In this document: positions 1 to 9,751 of the stretch, piece after piece
Numbering within the stretch: position 1 is the stretch's first letter
Layout of the letters: each line of letters starts with the position of its first letter
From: a virus
Virus record (IMG/VR): IMGVR_UViG_3300019888_000107
Span: 46,391-110,390 of that record
Strand: one strand, 5' to 3'
Length of the DNA stretch: 64,000 nt
Translations under genes and position numbers: made by a program
The notes under the pieces: generated by a model
Database searches by the model: none
Seen by the model: the letters and a program-made list of their open reading frames with translations, nothing else
Told to the model about the DNA's origin: nothing

Positions 1-1
1 C

Positions 2-562
2 ATCGTCGCCGAGCTGGAAATTGGCATCGGCACCGTGCAAAACCACGTCACGTCGGTCTGTCGCAAGCTCGGGGTCACCGACCGCTTCGCCGCGGCAGCG
101 ACGGCCCGTACCCGCCCCACCGCCGTCGCGGGCTCGGGACCTCAACGCCGCGCCTGCGCCCGCGACGGCTGCGACGTCGAATTCGCCCTCGACCATCGGG
201 GCACCCGCTACTGCTCGCCACACTGCCGCGAGCTGGCCCGCTACGCCGCACAACACAGCCAGGTCCCGTGCCCGATCTGCGGCACACTGTTCGACCAGCG
301 CACAGACCTGCACACCCCGGAGACGTGTGGCAACAGCTGCGGCCAACAACTACGGATGCGACGTAAGGGGAACACCCTCACCCCGCGCCAGGAAGAAGTG
401 TTCAGCCTCATCGCGCACGGGCTGTCCACCGAGGAGATCGCCGCCCACCTGCACATCAGCCGGGGCACCGCGAAAAACCTAGCCACCACGCTCTACCGCC
501 GACTCGGGGTCAGCGGCCGGGCCGACGTGGCGGCAGCCTGGGAAGCGCGCACACGCACCTGA
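2..562 (+). CDS. LuxR-type HTH regulator, two HTHs flanking a Cys-rich region (5' partial)
   Basis: Frame is open from the window edge (IVAELEIGIGTVQNHV..KLGV); C-terminal LTPRQEEVFSLIAHGLSTEEIAAHLHISRGTAK is a LuxR HTH; CxxC motifs in between. Confidence 0.75.
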   Translation: MVAELEIGIGTVQNHVTSVCRKLGVTDRFAAAATARTRPTAVAGSGPQRRACARDGCDVEFALDHRGTRYCSPHCRELARYAAQHSQVPCPICGTLFDQRTDLHTPETCGNSCGQQLRMRRKGNTLTPRQEEVFSLIAHGLSTEEIAAHLHISRGTAKNLATTLYRRLGVSGRADVAAAWEARTRT

Positions 563-622
563 TCACAAGCAATCGACGGGCCGACTAACCACACGACCAA
601 CTAGCGAAACAGGCCAACGATC

Positions 623-979
623 ATGGGACTCTTCTTTACGCCCTACTACCTCGTGCGCTCCCTGACCCGCGGCGGCCGACGGGGGCTCCCGCGCGCCACC
701 AACCCGGTCCCCACCCGCAAGTTGCTCCCCGTCGGGCGCCCACTCGCGGTATCCGTAGGCAGTTTCGCCGTGGCAGCCACCCTACCGCCATCCGTACTGA
801 CCGCCATATGCGTATTCGTCACGATGATCAGTGGGGTCTGGGCGTTCGCACGGTTCTGCCGGATCTGTTTGGACCACAAGACTGCGGGGCCACCACCGAC
901 GCCCACCCGCGAGCCACCCATTCCACCGAAGCACCAGGGCCCGAACGACCGGCCTTTTCCGTGGCGCCCGTATAGCTAA
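623..979 (+). CDS. Small membrane protein
   Basis: Two hydrophobic segments, Pro-rich tail. Confidence 0.45.
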   Translation: MGLFFTPYYLVRSLTRGGRRGLPRATNPVPTRKLLPVGRPLAVSVGSFAVAATLPPSVLTAICVFVTMISGVWAFARFCRICLDHKTAGPPPTPTREPPIPPKHQGPNDRPFPWRPYS

Positions 980-1301
980 ACACAGGGCCCGCCGCAGTTC
1001 GAGGATAGTAAGAGGGCTTTCAACCGCAACACGCTACTAGCCGTGCGTCCGCGACACGGCCAATACGTTCAGAAATGGCAGCCACATACCGGGAAAAAGC
1101 GACCCAAAAATATAGCAAAAAATTTAATTCGAAGCGACTCAAAAAACGCCGCTGGTGATGAACCCGTGCCCCTAATGGAGTAGTTGGGCCATGTGGGTGG
1201 GGGGTCTTCACCCGTTTGCGTCACCCGTTTGCCCTAGTGGACCACCCATCTGCCACATGATCGTTCCGCTGTTGATCTTGAACGGGGTGTAGGCTTGGGC
1301 T

Positions 1302-1571
1302 ATGCCCAACGAGATGAACGCCAGCCCCGCGGCCGCCCCGCGCGCGCCCGCGAGGCCCCCGACCCAGTCCAACGGCACCGCCCTGCCCGAGTACACCCAG
1401 CGACACCTCGCGGACTTGATCAACTACTTCGATCTTGATCTTGACAAGTTGATCTACGAGGACGAGGTGATCAACTTCGCAGAGATGATCATCCGCGAGC
1501 ACGCGGCTCGGGCGCGACGGCTGGCCTCGGTGTTCGCCGACGCGCCTGCGGATGATCTTGACCGGTTCTGA
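1302..1571 (+). CDS. Hypothetical protein
   Basis: ORF with protein-like acidic/helical composition. Confidence 0.45.
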   Translation: MPNEMNASPAAAPRAPARPPTQSNGTALPEYTQRHLADLINYFDLDLDKLIYEDEVINFAEMIIREHAARARRLASVFADAPADDLDRF

Positions 1572-1947
1572 CAGCACGTGGTGCGCCCGAGTGACACGGG
1601 CGTAGCGCGAGCCGCCCGAACGTGAGGCGACGACTCCGGAAAGCCCCCGATGATCTTGTCGGGATGTCGCTACCGGCCCCGCAATGACACCGCCGCTAAG
1701 GCGATCGCACCGCCGAACTAGGAACCACCCGTGTGTCCCGTCGTGCCGGAATGCCGGTACGTGAGCACGGTGCAGGCCAGGACTAGGTATGTAGTCCACT
1801 CGGGTGTAGGTGATCACGGTCGATTCTGAGACGCCGCGGGCACATGCCGGAGCAAGATCATCATCACTGCGAGAGCAGTCCGACACCCGCGAGTTGATCA
1901 TGACGCGCGGGTAGTCGGTCGTTACTCAGAGTGAGAGGAAAACGATC

Positions 1948-2208
1948 ATGATCCAAACACGTGCGAGCCGTGCCCTGCACACTCTCACCGACGCACCGCC
2001 TGCCCAGCCGTGGATCACCTGCGCCATGATCCATTGTCGTTCGCTCGCCACGCACACCGTGTATTGGTCCGATGGCGACACCTCACACGAATGTTTCGGG
2101 TGCGCGTGGGAGTCCTATCACGAGCGGCCCGACCAGCGTGGCGTACGCGCAACCAGCATGACAACCGGAATCGTCAACCCAGATGTGCTAGTTGGCGTCG
2201 CCCGATGA
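1948..2208 (+). CDS. Small Cys-rich phage protein
   Basis: RBS GAGAGG; CxxxxC/CxxC motifs. Confidence 0.55.
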   Translation: MIQTRASRALHTLTDAPPAQPWITCAMIHCRSLATHTVYWSDGDTSHECFGCAWESYHERPDQRGVRATSMTTGIVNPDVLVGVAR

Positions 2209-2469
2209 TCACCACCTGGCTCACGAGCATGATCACGGAGCGCACCGAGCAAGCCCGACGGGTCCGCCGCGCGGCGTACCGCTTCGCTGCCCTGCAGTCA
2301 GCCGGTTACACAGCGGACATTCCGTGCGAGGGATGCGGAATGTTCATTGTGTGCTGGTGCGATAAGCGATAGCTCTCTTGTATAAAAACTTCCCTGCCGC
2401 TTGCTTCGATGCCGGGCTAGTTCCGGCGCCGTTGCAAGTCACACGGAACACAACCGAAGGATAATAGTC

Positions 2470-2691
2470 ATGACCACACCGTATAACCCGCGCGCCGACT
2501 GGGCCGCGGAAGCCTACCTCGCCGCGAAAGAAGCATTCTGTACCACGTGCTGCACGTCCTACCCGCTCAAAACGTGGCCGCCGAGCAGCGAGGATCTCGA
2601 ATCGGCTGAACTGATTCACCGGAAAATCGACGGCGCGCACTACGCGATATGGGCCGATGACGTGCGCACGTACTCATGCAATTGGCTCTGA
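2470..2691 (+). CDS. Hypothetical phage protein
   Basis: RBS GAAGGA before ATG 2470. Confidence 0.5.
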   Translation: MTTPYNPRADWAAEAYLAAKEAFCTTCCTSYPLKTWPPSSEDLESAELIHRKIDGAHYAIWADDVRTYSCNWL

Positions 2692-2798
2692 GCATCCCAG
2701 GTACCCGTACGGGTGTGTTCGACCGTGTCACTTCCGGACCGAACGCACCCGCCTAGCTATCTGGTTAGGAATGCGCCAGCACACAGGAGTAGAGCACC

Positions 2799-3854
2799 AT
2801 GTCCAAGGAAACAATCGAGTGGTTGAACACGCATGTGCTCGTTGGGATGACTGACCAGCGGGGCAACGCATGGCATTACAGCACCGATGACCAGGGCAGT
2901 GAGTCCAACCACTACCCCGGCGCGATTCCGGTCGAGGATGTTCGCCGACGGTTGTTCGGCTTTGAGATTGTCGGGCGCCGCGTGGCGATCGAGGTCCCAG
3001 CTGACATCGAAACCATGACTCACATGTCCGACGACGGTACGCCGATGCGATGGGACGTGCAGATGGAACGTCAGGCAATGGTCACCGACGACACTCACGA
3101 GACCCTCGGACTGTTCAAATCCGGTTACCGCGGTCACGGTTTCAATGAGTGGCTACTTGACGGGCCGGCCAACCTGATTGATGACGAGATCGCTATCTCA
3201 TCGGCCGGCCTGTTGAAGAATCGCGCGGTTGCGTGGGTCGAGGTGTCCATGCCGGAGACGATGGTTGCGTGTGGTTTCACGTACCGCCCGAACATCCTGG
3301 CGTGCACGTCATTCGACGGGACGCTAGCCACAACCTACAAGGGCACCGTCGGCGCCACCGTGTGCGACAACACGCTAACCGCGGCACTCGGCGAGTCCGG
3401 ACACGTGTTCAAAGCCAAGCACTCTCGCAACAGCGGATTCAAAATCGCCGCAGCACGTGACGCACTGGGAATCGTGCACACGATGGGTGAGGCATTCGCT
3501 GCTGACATCGAGCGGCTGACCGCGCAAAAGGTCACCCCTTCACAGTGGGCAGCCGTGCTCGACGCGCTGGTTCCGAATGAGAAGGACGAGAAGGGTAAGG
3601 ATCTCAGTAAGCGTGGCGTGACCATTGCCAACGGCAAGCGTGACCGGCTGCAGACCATGTGGGTATCGGACGCGCGCGTTGCCCCATGGACCAGTACGGC
3701 GCTCGGCGTGCTCCAGGCGTTCAACACCTGGGAGCACTGGGAGAAGCCAGTCCACCGCGCCACCATTCGGGAGGAGCGCAACAGGATGGACGCGCTCACT
3801 GGAGACACCGACAAAGCCGATGCGAAGGTACTGCAGGTACTGGCAGCACTCTAG
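2799..3854 (+). CDS. DUF932 (TIGR03299-like phage/plasmid) protein
   Basis: AWH, SSAGLL, TSFDGTLAT, TVCDNT, KHSRNS motifs; RBS AGGAG. Confidence 0.85.
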   Translation: MSKETIEWLNTHVLVGMTDQRGNAWHYSTDDQGSESNHYPGAIPVEDVRRRLFGFEIVGRRVAIEVPADIETMTHMSDDGTPMRWDVQMERQAMVTDDTHETLGLFKSGYRGHGFNEWLLDGPANLIDDEIAISSAGLLKNRAVAWVEVSMPETMVACGFTYRPNILACTSFDGTLATTYKGTVGATVCDNTLTAALGESGHVFKAKHSRNSGFKIAAARDALGIVHTMGEAFAADIERLTAQKVTPSQWAAVLDALVPNEKDEKGKDLSKRGVTIANGKRDRLQTMWVSDARVAPWTSTALGVLQAFNTWEHWEKPVHRATIREERNRMDALTGDTDKADAKVLQVLAAL

Positions 3855-3936
3855 TCGCTTCCGTTCGGCATAGCGGGTACGTAACCGCTGTGCCGTCCGG
3901 TAGACATTAGAGAGCAACCACAGAAGGGAAACCGTC

Positions 3937-4182
3937 ATGCGTATGCGATTCACTAAGAGTGAAAAGGCAGCATTCGTCAAGGATGCCGCGATCGAATGGC
4001 GCAACGGCCGGTACTGGTATCCCGGTCGGATAGTGGACGGTGTGATCCACAACGACCCGTACGGATCCGGGTTCCAACACATGTTGATCAAATCCACTCA
4101 CAGCGGCAAGGGTGGCGGAATCGTCCGCAACGGAGAAATCACCTACGGCTCGCCTACCTCCGTTCGGGTCCGCAATGTCTGA
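3937..4182 (+). CDS. Hypothetical phage protein
   Basis: RBS GAAGGG; in operon. Confidence 0.55.
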   Translation: MRMRFTKSEKAAFVKDAAIEWRNGRYWYPGRIVDGVIHNDPYGSGFQHMLIKSTHSGKGGGIVRNGEITYGSPTSVRVRNV

Positions 4183-4516
4183 CACCCGGATCATCGTTCG
4201 CCAATTCGATAACACCCGCTGGCACTCGAATGGCGTTGCGGGCGACACGGTGTGTGTTGATCGGGCTGCGGCAGAGTTGCATCTTGCCCGGATCCTGCCG
4301 CATCTGGCACCGGGACAGCGTGCTCTCATCCTGTCGCGTCAAGCGTCGGCCGATGCGCTGGTCTACGGACGGGCCGCAGCCGGCAACAACCGTCGGGTGC
4401 ATGTACTCCGCCGTGACGCGGGTACTTACAACGTCGCTATGTGCGGCGCCCGGATCCCTAAGCAACCGCAGACGACACAGGAACGGCTGCCTAAGTGCCA
4501 CCGTTGTTTCAACTAG
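4175..4516 (+). CDS. Hypothetical protein with C-terminal H/C zinc-binding motif
   Basis: VH..AMCG..KCHRC; overlaps the upstream stop. Confidence 0.5.
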   Translation: MSDTRIIVRQFDNTRWHSNGVAGDTVCVDRAAAELHLARILPHLAPGQRALILSRQASADALVYGRAAAGNNRRVHVLRRDAGTYNVAMCGARIPKQPQTTQERLPKCHRCFN

Positions 4517-4530
4517 AGAGGAAAACGATC

Positions 4531-4941
4531 ATGAACGAGACCAAAATTGCGTTCGCGCAAGGGCTGGCCTACGCGTGGGGCCGACAGGATGCGGAACGTG
4601 ACTTCGGAATGCTCAACTCGCACGGGCGCTGTGATGAGTACGCGTTCGCACTCATCCGCGAGCGTCTGGCGGAGATGTACCGCGCCGAGCAAGTGAGCAC
4701 CACCCTGACGGTTCAGGGGTCATTCATCGAATTCCGGATGACCGGCCGCGTCATGTTCCGGCGCAATGGTGCCATGTGGGCGCTCATAACCGAAGCACCG
4801 CAGGGCAGCACCACGCTCGTTGAGTTCCCAGTGCCGTGGTCAGATAACACCTTGCCATATTGGCACCAAGTGGCTGACGGGTCTGTCGTCGGCGCGCGTC
4901 CAGTGCACATATCGGTACTTCCCAGTGGACAGCCATCATGA
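4531..4941 (+). CDS. Hypothetical phage protein
   Basis: GAGAGGAAAACGATC-ATG start motif. Confidence 0.55.
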   Translation: MNETKIAFAQGLAYAWGRQDAERDFGMLNSHGRCDEYAFALIRERLAEMYRAEQVSTTLTVQGSFIEFRMTGRVMFRRNGAMWALITEAPQGSTTLVEFPVPWSDNTLPYWHQVADGSVVGARPVHISVLPSGQPS

Positions 4942-5201
4942 GCAGGCGAAAGACGATCAGCGTCGCGCTAATACTTAAACGGGTAAATCACTTGCTCGCC
5001 TACCCGAACACGCGCGGCGACTCGATCGCCAGGCTCACTCCAGAGCAGGCTTACCGCAGAGGCGCCGCCAGCGTACTGGAAGGAATCCTTCACGAAACGG
5101 GTAACTATCAGGGATTCAGCTTTCACAACGTGGATCACACGACGGACCCGCCGACCATTCCGGACGAGTCACGGCGCACGTACGGCGGGCCGACGGCATG
5201 A
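4938..5201 (+). CDS. Hypothetical phage protein
   Basis: ATGA coupling; LEGILHETGNYQGF resembles a recurrent small phage protein. Confidence 0.55.
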   Translation: MSRRKTISVALILKRVNHLLAYPNTRGDSIARLTPEQAYRRGAASVLEGILHETGNYQGFSFHNVDHTTDPPTIPDESRRTYGGPTA

Positions 5202-5476
5202 GCACACCGACGCTGATCACGGTCGAGTGCTCAGATCGACGCTGCACCGATGGTGTGACGTGGTGCGCCGCGTGCAATGGGTTCGGGGTGCTTACCAGCC
5301 GCGGCCGGAAATATCAGGTTCGGGCGGCACTGCGGAACACGATCAGCCCGAAGGGCAAACAGCACGTCGACTGTGACGGAACGGGTTTGCAGCCCTGCGG
5401 GTGTCGCGTGCTGGACGCGGAAGGGCTCGCATCGCTGAGTGTGCCCTCTGAGTACTCCCGAACGGTCGACAAGTGA
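5198..5476 (+). CDS. DnaJ-like CxxCxGxG zinc-finger small protein
   Basis: CAACNGFG, CDGTG. Confidence 0.55.
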   Translation: MSTPTLITVECSDRRCTDGVTWCAACNGFGVLTSRGRKYQVRAALRNTISPKGKQHVDCDGTGLQPCGCRVLDAEGLASLSVPSEYSRTVDK

Positions 5477-5566
5477 GCCAATCCGGGCAGCAATCGAGTG
5501 GGCTAGGGCTATCGCATTGTCCTAGTCCAGTCATGGCCGTCCGGCCGCACAGGAGAGGAAACGATC

Positions 5567-5893
5567 ATGACAGCTAAAAACGTTCGAACCTGGCTCCCGC
5601 AACCAAACCCTCCGAATGACGAAGGTTACGGCGGAGAGTTGGAAGCGATCGACGCCATATACGCGGCATACATGGCGCTCAATGCCGCTGACAGCCGCGG
5701 ACGCCGCACCATGATGGCATCGGACAGCACACCGACTAGCCCAATGAAACTCACCAGTCGAGCGGCCATATCGGCGCTAATGTGCATTCCGGGTATCGAA
5801 TCCCGCGACGCAAAGATCATTTGGGACGGAATGCGCACCGGAGGCTCTGACGCCCGCTACGTATATGACCTATGGCGAAAGGGTGAGATCTGA
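5567..5893 (+). CDS. Hypothetical phage protein
   Basis: Strong RBS AGGAGAGG. Confidence 0.55.
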   Translation: MTAKNVRTWLPQPNPPNDEGYGGELEAIDAIYAAYMALNAADSRGRRTMMASDSTPTSPMKLTSRAAISALMCIPGIESRDAKIIWDGMRTGGSDARYVYDLWRKGEI

Positions 5894-5899
5894 CAGCAC

Positions 5900-5968
5900 A
5901 CCATCCGGGCATTACCGGGTGAGCTGGGCCGAACCTTATCCCAGCTCTACCCGCAGCCGCCCGGCTGA
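5900..5968 (+). repeat. ~68 bp structured intergenic element, copy 1 (copy 2 at 6631-6698)
   Basis: ACCATCCGGGYATTACCGGGTGAGCTGGGCCGAACCTTATCCCAGCTC(T)ACCCGCAGCCGCCCGGCTGA, near-identical in both copies. Confidence 0.9.
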
Positions 5969-5991
5969 ACAGCGCTAGCAACCGAGAGGTA

Positions 5992-6630
5992 ATGATCGTG
6001 AGTGAAGTTCTGGAAACCCGCGAGGTAAACGGTGTTGAGTACCGGGTCCGGCTGGAGCAAGATCAAGACTGTGAGAGCCCGCGCGAGGATGACGTCCCGG
6101 CTGGCGTGATCTGCGCATGGTCCCTTGACTACACCTGGCCAGCAGAGGACAGCGATCAGGTCACTGCGGACCGCGTCCGGAAAGCGGTCGGGCATTACGG
6201 CCAGTTCGGCATGTACCACGAGGGTCGTTCGTTCGCGGCCGTATCTCGGTGGCTTCGGATGTTCTATGGAGCCACCATCGTGCTACCGCTGTACTCGTCC
6301 AACGCCGGTCTGTCCACCGGTACGCAGGATGAGACCCCGGAGGCTGGCAACTACGTCGGGGTGACGTTCGACCAGCCCTCTACGCGGAAGACCACCGGTA
6401 TCCCCACGGAGCGCATGGCCGACGCACTGCGTATCGACGTCGAGCAGTATGCGCAGTGGGCCGAGGGCGATTGCTATGGCTACGTGATCGAGCGCAAAGC
6501 TGAGAACCCGCACCCCGATTGCCACGCGTCGCACGATGACGAGGACTGGCAGTACGTTGACTCGTGTTGGGGAATGGTCGGGAGTAAGTGGGCCGAGGAG
6601 TCTGCCCGCGAGGCACTCGCCAGTATCTGA
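5992..6630 (+). CDS. Conserved phage/MGE hypothetical protein
   Basis: C-terminal YAQWAEGDCYGYVIE...DSCWG motif typical of phage/plasmid early-region proteins. Confidence 0.65.
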   Translation: MIVSEVLETREVNGVEYRVRLEQDQDCESPREDDVPAGVICAWSLDYTWPAEDSDQVTADRVRKAVGHYGQFGMYHEGRSFAAVSRWLRMFYGATIVLPLYSSNAGLSTGTQDETPEAGNYVGVTFDQPSTRKTTGIPTERMADALRIDVEQYAQWAEGDCYGYVIERKAENPHPDCHASHDDEDWQYVDSCWGMVGSKWAEESAREALASI

Positions 6631-6698
6631 ACCATCCGGGTATTACCGGGTGAGCTGGGCCGAACCTTATCCCAGCTCACCCGCAGCCGCCCGGCTGA
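6631..6698 (+). repeat. ~68 bp structured intergenic element, copy 2
   Basis: Direct repeat of 5900-5968. Confidence 0.9.
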
Positions 6699-6723
6699 CA
6701 AGTGGACGGCCCAGGAGGAAGCA

Positions 6724-7884
6724 GTGAAGGAGTACACGCAAGACCAGTTACTAGCGATCGACGTCGAACAAGTCTATCGGCAGTTCATGTTCATGCCGAA
6801 TGATCACTCGTTCGCGGTGTCGACGCTATGGGTTATGCACACCCACCTGCGCAACTCTGACGGCCGGTTCCTGCCCTACATCACACCGCGACTGTACTTC
6901 GGTAGCAAGATCGCTGGTTGTGGTAAGAGCCTGGCCACCGAGCTCACCACCAAGATGAGTCACAACGGTGAGATGGTGCTGGAGCCGACACCGCCCAGCG
7001 TGACCACCATGATGAACCAAGACCTAGCAACCCTAGGGTTCGACGAGATTGACACGTACTTCGGGCGTGGTACTGGTCGGGGTTCGATGCGCGCCATTCT
7101 CAACGGCGGATACAAGCGCGGATCATGCGTCACTCGGGAGCGCCTCGGTGAGTCAGAGCGGATGAACTGTCACGGTCCCATCGTGCTCAATGGGAAGAAC
7201 GCGAATTTGTTTCTGACATCCGAGAGGTTTGAGACACTTCGCACCCGGTCGATTCCGATCATCCTGGAGCAGAAGCCCGTAGGGTATGACGTCGCCCGCT
7301 GGAACCCAGAGGTGAACGACGCCAGACTCCACGCGCTCATGCGCCGGCTACGCAAGTGGGGCATGATCAACGCACCCACGATCATCGCCATCCCGGTCGA
7401 CGGACTCATGCCCGCCAAAATCGCCAACCGAGCCGAAGAAATCTGGACCGTGTTGTTTCGGATCGCGGCCCACCTGGGAGGCGACTGGCCGGCACGATGC
7501 GAAGCCGCGGCGCGCGCGTTCGTTCTCGGCGAATGGGAAGAAGACGAGACACCCAATGTCAGCCCGTCCGAGGAGCTACTCACCAGCGTTCGCACGGTGT
7601 TCGATGCCGCTGACGAGTTCCTCTCCACCACCACAATCCTTGACAGATTTGAGGAGCTACCGCAACCACCGTCCCTCATGGACGAGTGGGACACCGAGCG
7701 CGCAGCCGAGATGGGGCTCGCCCGGTGCATGGCCCTGTTCGACATCGAGCGGGAGCGGCGCCAGGCCGATGGGGTGCAAGAGCGGGGTTACAGCCGAGTA
7801 TCCGTAGGGCTGGAGCCCATACCTAACCTACCCCCGGCGACGATGGTAGACGACGACGCAGCATCGGCTCGATGGTGTGCGTGA
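6724..7884 (+). CDS. DUF3631-type P-loop ATPase, Rep-like replication protein
   Basis: LWVMHTH, TPRL, Walker A GCGKS, Walker B FDEID, ILNGGYKRG, HLGGDWP; RBS AGGAGG. Confidence 0.75.
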   Translation: MKEYTQDQLLAIDVEQVYRQFMFMPNDHSFAVSTLWVMHTHLRNSDGRFLPYITPRLYFGSKIAGCGKSLATELTTKMSHNGEMVLEPTPPSVTTMMNQDLATLGFDEIDTYFGRGTGRGSMRAILNGGYKRGSCVTRERLGESERMNCHGPIVLNGKNANLFLTSERFETLRTRSIPIILEQKPVGYDVARWNPEVNDARLHALMRRLRKWGMINAPTIIAIPVDGLMPAKIANRAEEIWTVLFRIAAHLGGDWPARCEAAARAFVLGEWEEDETPNVSPSEELLTSVRTVFDAADEFLSTTTILDRFEELPQPPSLMDEWDTERAAEMGLARCMALFDIERERRQADGVQERGYSRVSVGLEPIPNLPPATMVDDDAASARWCA

Positions 7885-7885
7885 G

Positions 7886-7960
7886 GGTTGCCAACCTCGT
7901 GCACGGTTGCCAACCTATTGCACGCTTGCCAACCTTTTGCACGTTGCCAACCTACTGCAC
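7886..7960. repeat. Four tandem 18-19 bp iteron-like repeats (putative origin)
   Basis: G(G/C)TTGCCAACCTnnTGCAC at 7886, 7905, 7924, 7943, directly after the Rep-like stop. Confidence 0.85.
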
Positions 7961-8289
7961 GCGAATGAGCATAACCCGCACAGAAGGGCTCGACCATGAC
8001 CCCTGAACAAGATCAACCGTGGGGAACCTGTCAAGTCCTACTGAACGTGTGCGTAACGCAGTGAATGGCCCGTCTGGTCACCTGGCTAGGCGGGTCGTTT
8101 GCCCTGTGCACACGGGCTGTCAGAGCCTCGGTTCGGCGTAACACAAACGGTCGGTTTAGGACGATCATGGGAGCCATTGAAAAGCCCCGGTCAGCCCTGT
8201 CACACAATCCGTGAACTAAATCTCTGTAACGCCTTACCTGCACTTGTGGAATACGTTACACTCAAGCCAGTCAACAAAGGAGAACGATC

Positions 8290-8565
8290 ATGGCCCGGCA
8301 TTGCTGGATCTTGAAAGGCCCACCCGGCCGCGCAGTCCTGACCTGCGACAGCTGCGAAGCCCGTGCCGTCGGCGTGCGGGATAGCCGGAACCTACCCGAC
8401 GAGGGCTGTCCCGGCAGTCTGTTCGAACAAACACAGCGTGGCCCGAACCGCATCATCCCGACTGCGGCATACATCGAGCAGGCCCACGCTGCCGGGTTCA
8501 CCACAAAGCAGATCGCCGACGCATGGTGCTTGACTCCCAGCGACATTGACGGAAAACAATCATGA
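8290..8565 (+). CDS. Hypothetical protein
   Basis: RBS AAGGAG; coupled to the resolvase. Confidence 0.5.
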   Translation: MARHCWILKGPPGRAVLTCDSCEARAVGVRDSRNLPDEGCPGSLFEQTQRGPNRIIPTAAYIEQAHAAGFTTKQIADAWCLTPSDIDGKQS

Positions 8566-9131
8566 CTCTCATCGGATACGCCCGGTGCAGCACACTCGAC
8601 CAGAACACAGATGATCAAGTGCGTCGGCTCATCGCGGCCGGCTGCACTAAGGTGTTTAGCGAAGCGGGAGTGTCAGGCAAGCTGGCGCACCGGCCGGAGT
8701 GGGACGCGTGTCTTACCTACCTGCGCGACGGTGAAGACGTCCTGGTCATCACGAAGCTGGACCGTGCCGGCCGCTCGATCGCGCACCTTATCGAATTAGG
8801 TAACAACCTGCGCACCCGCAACATTGGGTTTCGAGCGATCGACCAGGGCATCGACACCACCACGGCAACCGGCCGGCTGTTCTACAACATGATCGCCAGC
8901 TTCGCCGAATTCGAGCGCGACCTAATCGTCGAACGGACTCACGAGGGATTACGGACGGCCCGGCTGAACGGCAAAGTCCCTGGTCGCAAGCCCAAGCTGT
9001 CAGCCAAGCAGCAGTTCGAAGTACTCCGAATGCACGCCGCCGGCCGGACCATCGTGGACATTGCCGAGATATTCCACGTGAGCCGGCCAGTGATCTACCG
9101 GACCCTCGGTGCCGACCTGGCGAAAGTCTGA
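8562..9131 (+). CDS. Serine recombinase (resolvase/invertase family)
   Basis: GYARCSTLDQ, VITKLDRAGRS, FAEFERDLIVERT, GRKPKL, C-terminal HTH. Confidence 0.95.
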   Translation: MTLIGYARCSTLDQNTDDQVRRLIAAGCTKVFSEAGVSGKLAHRPEWDACLTYLRDGEDVLVITKLDRAGRSIAHLIELGNNLRTRNIGFRAIDQGIDTTTATGRLFYNMIASFAEFERDLIVERTHEGLRTARLNGKVPGRKPKLSAKQQFEVLRMHAAGRTIVDIAEIFHVSRPVIYRTLGADLAKV

Positions 9132-9132
9132 G

Positions 9133-9690
9133 CTACGCGTCGGTCGGGATCTTCACCCCGGCCGCGCGGGCTTGGGCCTCCATGGTCGCCTGCAGCTCAC
9201 GGATCGCCGCGTCCACAGTGGACTCGCTGAGCACGGAGATCTCCTGGCGGACCGGCCGATTCCAGCCCATGAGCCGAGCCCGCTGGTCGAGCAGCTTCGC
9301 CACGCGATCAATCGCCCAATGCTGCTTCGAGCCGACCTCTAGGCACTGTGGCCACAACACCTCTAGCAGTTGATCATAGCGCTGAGCCTCTACCTCGCGG
9401 GCATCGTCTACGTCTTCACGAGGGTAACTCTTCATGAAGCTCATGAATTGCTTGTAGGCGTGGCCAGGATCGCAGTAGCCCAATTGCTTAGCGATCGCAT
9501 CCCAGCCCACATTTGCGCGGCGCAAGCGCACGCACTCCATATCCCGTTCGAGCCGCGCGATGGCCTCTGGCGTGGTCGGCGAGTGACGCTTCTTACGCGG
9601 GCGGGTTTGAACCACCTTGGTTTGACGCGGCGCGGACTCTGAAGCAGCTGCGATATCAACTGCCTGTTGATCTTGCTTACGGGGTGCCAT
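9133..9690 (-). CDS. HTH protein, probable terminase small subunit
   Basis: VRLRRANVGWDAIAKQLGY and AIDRVAKLLDQRARLMG pattern seen in actinophage small terminases. Confidence 0.55.
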   Translation of the reverse strand: MAPRKQDQQAVDIAAASESAPRQTKVVQTRPRKKRHSPTTPEAIARLERDMECVRLRRANVGWDAIAKQLGYCDPGHAYKQFMSFMKSYPREDVDDAREVEAQRYDQLLEVLWPQCLEVGSKQHWAIDRVAKLLDQRARLMGWNRPVRQEISVLSESTVDAAIRELQATMEAQARAAGVKIPTDA

Positions 9691-9751
9691 AACAGATCAA
9701 AGGCTCCCTTCACGACAATAGTTATCGGAACACACAACAAAAGGAGTAGAT

